DNA from: Candidatus Poribacteria bacterium
GTDB lineage: Bacteria; Poribacteria; WGA-4E; UBA9662
NCBI GenBank assembly: GCA_036339735.1
Contig: JAYZAL010000026.1
Coordinates: 1 to 64,000 of the forward strand
Direction: 5' to 3'
Length of the DNA: 64,000 nucleotides
The notes beneath the pieces are model-generated. The model worked only from the letters and a program-made list of their open reading frames with translations, ran no database searches and was not told the origin of the DNA. This document shows, one piece after another, positions 37,142 through 46,669 of the stretch; position 1 is the stretch's first letter; the number at the start of each line of letters is the position of its first letter. The translations under genes were made by a program, and so were the position numbers.

Positions 37142-38332
37142 CTATCCTTCCAATGCTTTCTGAATACGATCTAAACCTCGATTAATTTCTGTCTCTGAGG
37201 TCGCAAAGGAAAAACGCATATGATTATCGGCACCAAAGCCGTCGCCAGGTACGGCTCCAACTTTAGCTTCATCCAACAAGTATGTCGCCAAGTCTTGCGA
37301 GCTATTAATCGAATGGCCACTAATCGTGCGACCATAATGAGCTGAAAAATCAGGGAAAATATAGAACGCCCCTTGTGGCCTAACATAGGCAATACCATCG
37401 ATATCGTCCAGCCTTTGACAGATTAGATCTCTCCGTTTTTGGAAAGCTTTTACCATTTCCACTACTGGCTCCTGTGATCCAGTAATAGCTGCAAAAGCGG
37501 CTTTTTGTGCAATAGAAGTTGGATTAGATGTGCTATGAGACTGAATCTTTGACATGGCTTTGATTGCATCTTCTGGTCCCGCCGTATAGCCGATTCTCCA
37601 GCCAGTCATCGAGTAAGCTTTAGATACACCGTTGACAACGAAAGTAAGAGACTTAACAGCTTCACCAAAACTGGCTAAACTTTGATGTTTCGCTCCATCG
37701 TAGAGCAGAGCTTCGTAAATTTCGTCAGAAATTAAATAGAATTGGTGTTCAACAGCCAACTCTGCGATCATTTGTAAACTTTCTGTTGAGTAAGTCGTAC
37801 CAGTTGGATTACTCGGACTACCAATAATTATTGCCTTGGTTTTTTCAGTAACTGCCGACTTGATCTGATCTGGTGTCAGGGCAAAATTCTGATCTGGAGT
37901 AGTGTTAATTACAATAGGTGTAGCATCGGCTAATTTCACCATTTCGATATAACTAACCCAATAGGGAGCGGCAAATATAACTTCATCTCCTGGGTTACAG
38001 ATAGCCTGTAGAATGTTGTAGATGGTATGCTTAGCCCCACAAGAAACGATAACCTGATTAGCTTCGTAACTAAGGCCGTTATCACGTTCAAATTTATCCA
38101 CAATAGCTTCTCTAAGTTCCGTGATACCTGCTACTGGCGTATACTTGGTGAACCCTTGATTTAGCGCGTCAATAGCCGCCGATTTTATATGGTCTGGGGT
38201 GTCAAAATCGGGTTCACCAGCACCAAACTTGACCACGTCTAATCCATCAGCCACCATGGCATTGATTTTTGCTGTCAAAGCCAAGGTAGAGGAAGGGGCA
38301 ACTTGTTTGCTTTTATCAGAAATTGAAATCAC
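37142..38332 (-). CDS. aspC: Aspartate aminotransferase (PLP-dependent, class I)
   Basis: GEPDFDTP; SPSNPTG; SDEIYE; NGVSKAYSMTGWRIGY; PQGAFY. Confidence 0.9.
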   Translation of the reverse strand: MISISDKSKQVAPSSTLALTAKINAMVADGLDVVKFGAGEPDFDTPDHIKSAAIDALNQGFTKYTPVAGITELREAIVDKFERDNGLSYEANQVIVSCGAKHTIYNILQAICNPGDEVIFAAPYWVSYIEMVKLADATPIVINTTPDQNFALTPDQIKSAVTEKTKAIIIGSPSNPTGTTYSTESLQMIAELAVEHQFYLISDEIYEALLYDGAKHQSLASFGEAVKSLTFVVNGVSKAYSMTGWRIGYTAGPEDAIKAMSKIQSHSTSNPTSIAQKAAFAAITGSQEPVVEMVKAFQKRRDLICQRLDDIDGIAYVRPQGAFYIFPDFSAHYGRTISGHSINSSQDLATYLLDEAKVGAVPGDGFGADNHMRFSFATSETEINRGLDRIQKALEG

Positions 38333-38388
38333 GTTCTACAATGTCCTTTTAGTTTTTAAAGTTAAGTTTAATTCGAATAACTATACTT

Positions 38389-39288
38389 TTACAAGAGTTG
38401 GCCTAATTTTTCATACAGCTTTCTTTCTTTTTGTGTTAACTTTTTTGGAATTTCGACTTGGATTTTGATACGCAGATCGCCACAACGACCAGTACGATCA
38501 ACAACCCCTTGCCCTCGTACTCTTAGTTGATTACCGGGCTGTGTACCTGGCGGTATTGTCAATTCTACACTGTTAACCTCATCTTGACTCAAGGTGGGTA
38601 TTCTAACCTTACCACCCAAAACAATAGTAGGGATTGGAACTGAAACTTGCGTAACTAGGTCTAGATCTTGCCGTTCAAAGCTGGGGTGAGGTTTAATCTT
38701 GACCTCTAAGAACAGAGCGCCCCTTTTTCCGTCTTGTCTTTGGCTTCCTTGACCTTTTAAATTAAGCTTGTTTCCGTCTTGAACGCCCGGTGGAACTTTT
38801 ACCCGAATGCTTCGACCTTGAACCTGAATATGTTTTTCTGTTCCGTATACCGCCTCAGATAAAGAAATTTCTAACTTGGATCGGAGATCTCCTGTTGGTT
38901 CGCTACGACGGCTACGAGCTCCTCCAAACAGATCGTCAAACGCATCATTAAAGTCGCCAAATCCTGCCTGACGTCCAAATTCAGAATTCGAAAACCCTCT
39001 ACGTCCAAACAAATCTGAGAAGTGCGAAAAAATATCGTCGGTATTATGGAATCCCTGAAAACCACTATTATGTACACCTGCATGACCATGCTGGTCATAA
39101 ATCCGTCGTTTTTGGGAATCGGACAGAACCTCGTAAGCATTGGATGCTTCCTTGAATTTATCCTCAGCCGCCTTATCGCCGGGATTTTTGTCCGGATGGT
39201 AACGAACCGCAACTTTACGGTAAGCTTTCTTAATTTCGTCTGGCGTGGCATTCTTGCTAATACCAAGAACTTGGTAATAGTCTCGCAC
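38389..39288 (-). CDS. DnaJ class B / CbpA-like J-domain protein (no zinc finger)
   Basis: [18 protein letters not shown]-rich linker; C-terminal DnaJ domain; no CxxCxGxG. Confidence 0.9.
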   Translation of the reverse strand: MRDYYQVLGISKNATPDEIKKAYRKVAVRYHPDKNPGDKAAEDKFKEASNAYEVLSDSQKRRIYDQHGHAGVHNSGFQGFHNTDDIFSHFSDLFGRRGFSNSEFGRQAGFGDFNDAFDDLFGGARSRRSEPTGDLRSKLEISLSEAVYGTEKHIQVQGRSIRVKVPPGVQDGNKLNLKGQGSQRQDGKRGALFLEVKIKPHPSFERQDLDLVTQVSVPIPTIVLGGKVRIPTLSQDEVNSVELTIPPGTQPGNQLRVRGQGVVDRTGRCGDLRIKIQVEIPKKLTQKERKLYEKLGQLL

Positions 39289-39309
39289 AATCTATTTAGC
39301 TCCGTGAAC

Positions 39310-40320
39310 TTATTTGGGAATATTCAACAGTCGCTCAGCAATTTGAACAGCATTTAATGCTGCTCCTTTTCGCAAATTATCAGCTACTACCCACATATTA
39401 AGACCGTTCTCGATTGAAACATCTTCTCGTATTCGACCCACGAATACGCTGTCCGAACCTGCTACATCAGTTGCTAATGGGTACTGGCGTTCAGCCGGTT
39501 GATCCATAACTACCACACCCTCTGAAGCCTGAAGAATCTCACGTGCATCATCAGCACTTAACTTTTCTCGAGTTTCTACATTAATCGATTCTGAATGAGC
39601 GTAAAAAACTGGAACGCGAACTGTCGTTGGTGATACACCAATCGAATCATCTTCAAAAATTTTGTGCGTTTCATGCACCATTTTCATTTCTTCTTCGGTA
39701 TAGTCGTTTTCAGCAAATGGCCAATCAAATGAAACATTAAATGCCATTTGGTGAGGAAAATTTTCACACTGCACTGGTCGACCGTTGAGAGCAGAAGTAG
39801 TTTGTTCAACTAACTCATTGATACAAGCACCACCTTTACCCGAAACACTTTGGTATGTAGAAACAACGATCCGTTTTATACCAACCGCATCATAAATTGG
39901 TTTCAAGGCGACCAACATCTGGATAGTTGAGCAATTCGGGTTTGCGATAATACCTTGATGATCGTGAGCAGCATGCATGTTGACTTCCGGAATAACTAAA
40001 GGTGTATCCGGGTCCATGCGAAAAGCACTCGTATTGTCGATAGAAATGCAGTTATTTTTGACTGCTGTAGGTAAGAACTCTTTACTTATTGACCCCCCAG
40101 CCGAAGCCAGTACTAAATCAATATCTTCGAATGAACCATGTGTTAGTTCTTCAACAACGACGGTTTCATCCTTAAAAGACTTTAGAGCACCTGCAGACCG
40201 GTGCGAGGCTAGCAATTTTAACGAGGCTACTGGAAAATTTCGTTCCTCCAGTATTTCCAACATAGCAGTTCCGACAGCTCCTGTTGCTCCCATCAGGGCC
40301 ACCCGATATTCACGACTCAT
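39310..40320 (-). CDS. asd: Aspartate-semialdehyde dehydrogenase
   Basis: GATGAVG; IDNTSAFRM; IIANPNCSTIQM; STYQSVSG; VRVPVFYAHS; DNLRKGAALNAVQIAE. Confidence 0.97.
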   Translation of the reverse strand: MSREYRVALMGATGAVGTAMLEILEERNFPVASLKLLASHRSAGALKSFKDETVVVEELTHGSFEDIDLVLASAGGSISKEFLPTAVKNNCISIDNTSAFRMDPDTPLVIPEVNMHAAHDHQGIIANPNCSTIQMLVALKPIYDAVGIKRIVVSTYQSVSGKGGACINELVEQTTSALNGRPVQCENFPHQMAFNVSFDWPFAENDYTEEEMKMVHETHKIFEDDSIGVSPTTVRVPVFYAHSESINVETREKLSADDAREILQASEGVVVMDQPAERQYPLATDVAGSDSVFVGRIREDVSIENGLNMWVVADNLRKGAALNAVQIAERLLNIPK

Positions 40321-40528
40321 AATTTTCTCTCAACGAATATACTCAGTATAATTTGGAATTATTCCGTTTGAAACTATATCTCTTTAACAAAAAACGGCTA
40401 AGAATGTAGCCACCTATTTTAACACAGGATACAAAATGGTGCAAAACAAAGGAAACCAGTCTATTATTCTATTCTCCTATAGATCGTATAAAGAAAGAGC
40501 GTCAAGAATCTGATCTCTTAGTTTGAGG

Positions 40529-40557
40529 TTGCCACTGTCTTCCTAAAGTGCTATACT
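40529..40557 (+). promoter_or_regulatory. Putative sigma70 promoter for the PorV-like gene pair
   Basis: TTGCCA (40529-40534), 17-nt spacer, TATACT (40552-40557) preceded by TGn. Confidence 0.55.
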
Positions 40558-40602
40558 CAGCTCGGATACAGCTCCCACCAATGCTAACAAAGTAAACTGT
40601 CC

Positions 40603-41529
40603 ATGTGCCGTACTGTTTCCCTCCTACTAATCACTTTCATCTGTACGGCTCAACTGTCCGATGCAGCTTTTGAACGTATCCAGCTTTCTGCACGTTCGAT
40701 TGGTATTGGTGGCGCAAGTGTTGCCTTGACTTCTGGAGCTGATTCAGTTTCCCAAAATGTAGCTGGACTAACGGTAGATTTATACGACCCCGAGCTGGCT
40801 TTGAGCTACCTAGAATTGTATGGATTACTTCACTACAATGCAATTTTTGCAGCTATCCCTATTTTGCCAAACAATCGGCAGGAATCAGCCCTTGGACTTC
40901 ACCTAACTAGCTCTACTGACAAATCTGGTGCATATCAAGAACTCGAGATGGGTTGTGCAGTAGGACGGCAAATTTCCTCATTGACTTATCTTGGTTTTGG
41001 ATTTTCTTATCTAACATCTCAGGCTAATTTAGGGATTATTCAAGTTGGTACCGGTCGAGGATTTTCTATGGATGTCGGAATTCAGCATCGATTGGCTAAT
41101 CAAAAAGTTGTGGTTGGTGCTTCTATTGCTCACTTGCTTTCTTATATTGATTATGATCGTAAGCAAATTGAGGGGACTAAATCACGCCAATACACTGAAA
41201 AATTGAGTCCTCATATTCGCTTAGGTGGAATTATGAGTCTCGACTTGTTGTTCAGTCAATTACATTTTCCAGAATATAGATTCATTACTCCTGCGCTGAA
41301 AAAAACGGTAATTGCCCTTGAATTAGCAGGTCGCCGTTTTTCCTTAGGACTGGAATCAGAAGTACAGAATGGTTGTTTAAGGTTTGGTTATCGATACAAT
41401 GGTGGACTAGATCAAGGAGTTTGTGCAGGCTTTGGCTACAAGTTTCACCAGTTCAAAATCGACTATAGTTGGGCTAATGGCCATTTTGGTACATCGTCTC
41501 ATTTGGTTTCTATCACCCTTCGTCTTTGA
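40603..41529 (+). CDS. Outer-membrane beta-barrel protein, PorV/PorQ/FadL-like
   Basis: Signal peptide; SARSIGIGGASVA...SVSQNVAGL motif; alternating beta strands; C-terminal IDYSW...SHLVSITLRL. Confidence 0.75.
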   Translation: MCRTVSLLLITFICTAQLSDAAFERIQLSARSIGIGGASVALTSGADSVSQNVAGLTVDLYDPELALSYLELYGLLHYNAIFAAIPILPNNRQESALGLHLTSSTDKSGAYQELEMGCAVGRQISSLTYLGFGFSYLTSQANLGIIQVGTGRGFSMDVGIQHRLANQKVVVGASIAHLLSYIDYDRKQIEGTKSRQYTEKLSPHIRLGGIMSLDLLFSQLHFPEYRFITPALKKTVIALELAGRRFSLGLESEVQNGCLRFGYRYNGGLDQGVCAGFGYKFHQFKIDYSWANGHFGTSSHLVSITLRL

Positions 41530-41544
41530 GATCGGCAGGCAGTT

Positions 41545-42666
41545 TTGATGCAAAAAAAATGGGGCTTGTGGTTTTTAGGAGTTCTAGTCTTTTTACCAGC
41601 GATTCAAGCCGATTGGGTAAAAGGGAACGAGATAGTTCGCTTAGCAGGCTTGGGTAATACGCGTGTTGCTACCAGCCGCCAAAGTGGTAGTTTAGTTGGC
41701 AATCCAGCAGCTTCGATTAATGGTAATAATCTTTCATTCCAATGGGGTCTTGCCAATCTAGACTACCAGTCCCTGATTCCTCAAGCTGGTTTTCATACCC
41801 AAAACCGGATTAGCCTAGATTTTTTGCCTGGCTTTTACTACGCTAGACCATTTGGTAGATATAATCTCCACATTGGATTTATTGGGCGATTCAAAAACAA
41901 AACCCAAATTGGTATGGAACATACAGGTTCAGAATATATCATTAATGAACAAAGGTTCTTGGCAAAAGCAAGTTTGGTCTCTACTTATGACCTTCTATGG
42001 CAATCCGCATGGTCGTTTGGACTTAGCCGCCAGATCGGTACTAATCATTTAGGGTTCCGTATAAAGGCTTCAACACAAGAAGCCAAGGTTGGCCAAATTT
42101 TATCATCTCTAAACCTCGATGCTCAACATAACAGCGACGTCAATGTCAACGACCCAAGAGCACTGATTCCAGCTGTTATTGATAGCCTCGACTTTGCTAA
42201 TCCATCCCAATACTTAGAAAGGCTAGACGACTCCCGAATTAATCAGAAGATTACTAAATACGACTTAGATTTTGGATACCAAAGTTACTTCTCATTTCGG
42301 AAAGTTGATGATTTTTGTGTCGGTATAATGGTAGAAAATATGTTGCAACGTAAGTTAATTCAACAGTCATTCACTCAATTTGGTGTTGGTATCAGCTATC
42401 AGCCCAACAATTGGATGCTAAGTGGAATCGATATATTCCGAGGTGCCCAGCGTTTTAGCTTCAATTTTGGACTGGAGGTTGGAACAAGCTGGGAAAAGGG
42501 ATTTAATGGAGGTGTAGCAGTACGTTTCGGTATTCAACAAAATAGAGAAACGACCCCTTCATTAGGTGTCCAAATAGCCTTAGGCGGATCAACCTGGAAT
42601 TATGCCTGGCAACGTAAAACGACTTCAATAGGGCAGCATTTTTTTGGTTCAGCGATTCGATTTTAA
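41545..42666 (+). CDS. Outer-membrane beta-barrel protein, PorV/FadL-like paralog
   Basis: Signal peptide; VRLAGLGNTRVA...LVGNPAA motif; amphipathic strands; terminal Phe (HFFGSAIRF). Confidence 0.7.
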   Translation: MMQKKWGLWFLGVLVFLPAIQADWVKGNEIVRLAGLGNTRVATSRQSGSLVGNPAASINGNNLSFQWGLANLDYQSLIPQAGFHTQNRISLDFLPGFYYARPFGRYNLHIGFIGRFKNKTQIGMEHTGSEYIINEQRFLAKASLVSTYDLLWQSAWSFGLSRQIGTNHLGFRIKASTQEAKVGQILSSLNLDAQHNSDVNVNDPRALIPAVIDSLDFANPSQYLERLDDSRINQKITKYDLDFGYQSYFSFRKVDDFCVGIMVENMLQRKLIQQSFTQFGVGISYQPNNWMLSGIDIFRGAQRFSFNFGLEVGTSWEKGFNGGVAVRFGIQQNRETTPSLGVQIALGGSTWNYAWQRKTTSIGQHFFGSAIRF

Positions 42667-42670
42667 GCCA

Positions 42671-43699
42671 CTAACTCCACTGACGATGGTTTAATGACAT
42701 AGACCAATCGGTCAAAGGTAGACCTTTTCCTTCAATCCAATCTGCAGTCAAAACTACGTGGTCGATGGTTCGGCGATTGTTGGTAAACGTCACATGTATT
42801 AACCCATCATTACTTTGAATAATAGACGGATAATGAAAAGACCCTTCTCCTTGAATCAGATCTCTTTTATGTGGCCAGGTTTGTCCTCCATCGTAGCTTA
42901 AGCCAAGTGTCAAAGGATTTCTATCTTCGGGATGGTTGTTCCAAGCCATAACAATCCGACCATCCTTTAGGATGATGGCATCCAAAGCTGAAAATGGGCA
43001 GTAATTATCAGTTATTTCTGCCTTGGACCAAGTACGACCTTGGTCTTGAGATAAGCTCCTGAGTACCCTCGGATCCTTTCCAGAAGGACGGATTAGCGCT
43101 AGGATTGAACCATCCTGAAGTGAGATTAGAGCAGGATGTTGGTTTCGTTCGCCCGGTATTTGCCCGCGAACTTTCCAGCTTCGTCCGTCGTCTTGACTCG
43201 CCCACACCTGCGAATGCCAAGTCGTAAACTCAGTACCAAACAAGATATCACCGTTAAGAAGATGGATCGGCTGGCATCTCGGGACATGGCCCCAATCTTC
43301 TTCGATTACTTCTACAGCTGACCAAGTGTAGCCATTATCAGTTGACTTTTTTATTCGCAAATCACAAGTTACCCAGCGTACACCGGGACCGGCCTTCCCC
43401 TCTAATTTTCCATGCATCGTTCCATAAATTAGTGAAAGTATGCCATCCTTGTTTTGAAGCAGAACGCCATTACCTTCAGGTTTGCCTGAGGTGTCTGCAA
43501 TGGAAACAAGCTGCTGAAATTTCTGATCTGTTGGGCTACGACGTGCTAAGACCCAAGCAGCATCAGGCCGGGCTTCACCTTCTCCAGCATAATAACCAAC
43601 TAACAGATCTCCATTTTTCAATTCAATCATAGTTGAACAATGACAACTAGGATAGCGTTCAGTCGGCTCAGCAATTGCTTCCCACAGCAAAATTGACAA
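42671..43699 (-). CDS. Sialidase-like / BNR-repeat (Asp-box) beta-propeller protein
   Basis: Asp boxes STDNGYTW, SQDDGRSW, SQDQGRTW, SYDGGQTW; HCSTMIELKNGDLL; FHYPSIIQ. Confidence 0.9.
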   Translation of the reverse strand: MSILLWEAIAEPTERYPSCHCSTMIELKNGDLLVGYYAGEGEARPDAAWVLARRSPTDQKFQQLVSIADTSGKPEGNGVLLQNKDGILSLIYGTMHGKLEGKAGPGVRWVTCDLRIKKSTDNGYTWSAVEVIEEDWGHVPRCQPIHLLNGDILFGTEFTTWHSQVWASQDDGRSWKVRGQIPGERNQHPALISLQDGSILALIRPSGKDPRVLRSLSQDQGRTWSKAEITDNYCPFSALDAIILKDGRIVMAWNNHPEDRNPLTLGLSYDGGQTWPHKRDLIQGEGSFHYPSIIQSNDGLIHVTFTNNRRTIDHVVLTADWIEGKGLPLTDWSMSLNHRQWS

Positions 43700-43862
43700 A
43701 ATATTTCACCTTCCAATTTAATCCGTAAATAAGATAGGTCCGCTACTAGTCAAGAAGTAAAATGGACCTGATTTTTAGGACCGATCAGCCATCAACTGAT
43801 AATTTGTGTCGATATACATTCCACTTAAAACATTTTCGCCTTTCCTATATTTTACGTCAATC

Positions 43863-43891
43863 TTGACAAATATAGCAAAATGATTTATAGT
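43863..43891 (+). promoter_or_regulatory. sigma70 promoter for the 43954-50095 gene run
   Basis: TTGACA (43863-43868), 17-nt spacer, TATAGT (43886-43891). Confidence 0.7.
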
Positions 43892-43953
43892 TTGGCCCCA
43901 TGGTTGTTAGATATTTCGAAACTATACGACTTATCTACCATTGAGGTTCAGTC

Positions 43954-44988
43954 ATGCGGATTCCCAATATAATTATGTTATTGGTACTGTGGGCGGGGAT
44001 TGGACTTTCACCGTTGAAGTTGTTAGCACAATCCACCGACCAAAAGAGAATGACCGTTTCTCCTGATAGGCCAATAACAATTCCTTCAGCGGAGCCATTC
44101 ACGCCCTCTACACTTTCTTCTGGTGGATCCTCTCTTGATACAAACTTAATTGGGCCATCAAGTGGGTTCCACTTTGGGCAAGATATTCAGCTTCAGTCTG
44201 ATAAAACAGTAGAGCAAATTCAACTTATTCTGGGATCTGCTACCGTTGATGGTCATGTTCGAGGGGATGTGTTTGTGTTCGGAGGCAATCTAGCAGTAAC
44301 TGAAACTGCTAGGGTAGAAGGAAAAACTAAGGTTTATTTGGGCCGCATTATAGGGAAAAAAAATCTTAGTGCTGGAACCTTCCAAGAGACTAATGGCTTT
44401 AAACTAGTTTTGGGAGTCATCAAGTTCATTCAGTACCCCGAGCGTGTTTGGTTTGGTAATTCATACCCGTCTACCGTTTGGCCTATTGCTAGCATTAGCG
44501 TAATGTTCGTAGTCTATTTGATGATTGCTGGTATTCTACCTACTCAAATGACAACTATGGAAGAGGCCATCTCTCGTCGCATTATTGGTAGTACAATAAT
44601 TGGGTTGTTAATTTTTCTTCTTTTAACGGGTTTGTTCTGGTTCGCTGTTTTTTCTATTATTGGTATTCCCTTGTTAATTTTACTTTTCTCGTTGTTAGTA
44701 CCAATGGCAATATACGGGAAGGCTGCTGTATTTACTTCACTTGGATATAGTTTGATACCTAGAGATAAATCATTACTGTGGGCTGTTGCCTTTGGCTATA
44801 TTCTTTATCAACTAGCTCTTCGTGTTTGGCCATTGCTTAGTTTGCCAACTTTTGTGTTAGTGAGTGCATTGGGTGTTAGTGCAACTATTCGGACAGTATT
44901 TGGCTCAAGACCACTACGAAATCGTACACCATCTCTCTCCTCCCAGAATTATAGTTACTCATCTCGTAACCAGTCTACCCGGGATTAG
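43954..44988 (+). CDS. Membrane protein with bactofilin-like (polymer-forming) beta-helical segment and multiple C-terminal TM helices
   Basis: Signal peptide; GSATVDGHVRGDVFVFGGNLAVTETARVEG; about 5-6 hydrophobic helices; GAGG RBS. Confidence 0.72.
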   Translation: MRIPNIIMLLVLWAGIGLSPLKLLAQSTDQKRMTVSPDRPITIPSAEPFTPSTLSSGGSSLDTNLIGPSSGFHFGQDIQLQSDKTVEQIQLILGSATVDGHVRGDVFVFGGNLAVTETARVEGKTKVYLGRIIGKKNLSAGTFQETNGFKLVLGVIKFIQYPERVWFGNSYPSTVWPIASISVMFVVYLMIAGILPTQMTTMEEAISRRIIGSTIIGLLIFLLLTGLFWFAVFSIIGIPLLILLFSLLVPMAIYGKAAVFTSLGYSLIPRDKSLLWAVAFGYILYQLALRVWPLLSLPTFVLVSALGVSATIRTVFGSRPLRNRTPSLSSQNYSYSSRNQSTRD

Positions 44989-45047
44989 GTTCTGGCAAGT
45001 GGCAACTTAAGGCTTGTTAGGTTATAATCCTTTTCCCACAGAGTACC

Positions 45048-45665
45048 ATGGAGCTTATGCGAATATCATACCGAAGTCTTGCTTATTTAATTTTAGTTGT
45101 GTCAGTTTTTCTTTGTGGATGTGCTGCTTTCGAAACTACGAAGATTGAACCGGTTTTTGACCCAGAAGCAACCGTTCTACCCCGTTCTGGTACAATCGCC
45201 TACGCTAAAAATGGAATAGTCGCTCTGGCAGTTCCTCTCAACGATGTTAAGGCTGCGGATGCCTTTGCGGTCATTATTTATAACGGAACTGACCATTTCG
45301 TTTCACTGAAACGGAAGGAGTGTTGGATGCTAGATGGTACTGGTGGGCAGACTAAACCCATCCATCGATCAATGTATACAGCTACTCTGGGAAAAAATTA
45401 TAAACCCACACTGCCACCAGAATTTAAGTCTGAAGTATTTCGCTGGAACCGATCTATTCGGATTTATGGAGACACTGCGGCTTTACCAACTGAGGATGTG
45501 GAAACGACACGGATTATGCCAAAGCAAAAATCTCAATTCTTCCTCTATTTCCGGACCCGTAGTATCAAGTCTTCAAACCTACGAGTTGTTGTGCCTAAAA
45601 TCTACAGTGAATATGATCAGAGCGAAACCACTTTTGTATTCAAGTTCCGGGTAAAAAAAGGGTAA
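45048..45665 (+). CDS. Hypothetical lipoprotein
   Basis: Lipobox LCGC; beta-rich mature region. Confidence 0.75.
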   Translation: MELMRISYRSLAYLILVVSVFLCGCAAFETTKIEPVFDPEATVLPRSGTIAYAKNGIVALAVPLNDVKAADAFAVIIYNGTDHFVSLKRKECWMLDGTGGQTKPIHRSMYTATLGKNYKPTLPPEFKSEVFRWNRSIRIYGDTAALPTEDVETTRIMPKQKSQFFLYFRTRSIKSSNLRVVVPKIYSEYDQSETTFVFKFRVKKG

Positions 45666-45670
45666 CGACC

Positions 45671-46666
45671 TTGCCAAATGCGACTTTCGGCCGTATTGGT
45701 CAGTCGCCTATAACCAATTTTAGCCTGTATTTCTTCCTTTGCATACCTCTGTTCGTCGCATCCTATTCGTGTCGTAGTTTGCCAAAGTTGGTTCATTCGA
45801 ATAGTCGAATTAATCAGAAATTAGAGAGTAGCCAGCCAATGATCAACTTTGTAGGTGAATTTGGTGGTATAGGTCAAAGTGCTGGTCAGTTCTTGTATCC
45901 AATGGACTTGGCTACTGATGTCAATGGACTAATCTATGTAGCTGATATGGGTAATAATCGTATCCAAGTATTATCTCCTGAGGGTGATTTTCAGTATGAG
46001 TTTGGTTGCCAAGGCTGGAAAGTTGGAGAATTTGACGGCCCGACCGACATTGTAGTTGGTGATCAGTTAACGCTTTTCTGTACCGATGGAGGGAATAATC
46101 GGGTGCAAACCTACCGAGTAATTGATTCCCAACTTCAGTTATTTAGCCCACACCACCCACTACAAACAGACACCAACTGGCTTGATCAACCAACAGGAAT
46201 CAGCAGATCACCAGCTGGCGAAATCTACGTAGTTGATCAAGGCCATCATCGCTGGTTAAAATTTGATACCAACGGACGCTTACTGTTTCAGTGTGGCCGC
46301 TATGGTGACGGTATTAATCAATTTAATCAGCCCACTGATGTTGCTACAGATCGTACCGGCAATTTATACATAGTGGATTCAGGAAACGGACGAATCAAAA
46401 AATATGATTTTAGTGGTAACTTTATTATGCAATGGTCTGAAAACTTGCACTATCCTAACCGGATCGCGGCTTACGATTTCATCTATGTTACAGACAAGCA
46501 GTCAGTGAAAGTTTTTACACCCACAGGTACTTACGTAACCGAGATCGGCCCATTTGATCAACCTGCAGGTGTAGCAACTTTCGAAGATCGTTACCTTTAC
46601 GTTACTGACTTACTGCGTAATACGATCTCTGTTTTTGATTTAAAATCGATACCTTCTGATCAATAA
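45671..46666 (+). CDS. NHL-repeat (six-bladed beta-propeller) exported protein
   Basis: Repeats GQFLYPMDLA..IYVADMGNNRIQV, FDGPTDI, LDQPTGI, QFNQPTDVA..LYIVDSGNGRIKKYD. Confidence 0.9.
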   Translation: MPNATFGRIGQSPITNFSLYFFLCIPLFVASYSCRSLPKLVHSNSRINQKLESSQPMINFVGEFGGIGQSAGQFLYPMDLATDVNGLIYVADMGNNRIQVLSPEGDFQYEFGCQGWKVGEFDGPTDIVVGDQLTLFCTDGGNNRVQTYRVIDSQLQLFSPHHPLQTDTNWLDQPTGISRSPAGEIYVVDQGHHRWLKFDTNGRLLFQCGRYGDGINQFNQPTDVATDRTGNLYIVDSGNGRIKKYDFSGNFIMQWSENLHYPNRIAAYDFIYVTDKQSVKVFTPTGTYVTEIGPFDQPAGVATFEDRYLYVTDLLRNTISVFDLKSIPSDQ

Positions 46667-46669
46667 ACC

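Noticed and set aside
45653-45707. A_AAA_AAA just before the lipoprotein stop, with the NHL gene in an open -1 frame and a GCGACT/AGTCGC hairpin downstream
   Set aside because: The strong hairpin is about 20 nt from the heptamer, too far for a typical stimulator. The NHL gene has its own AAGGG RBS-like site and signal-like segment, so a fusion is not needed.
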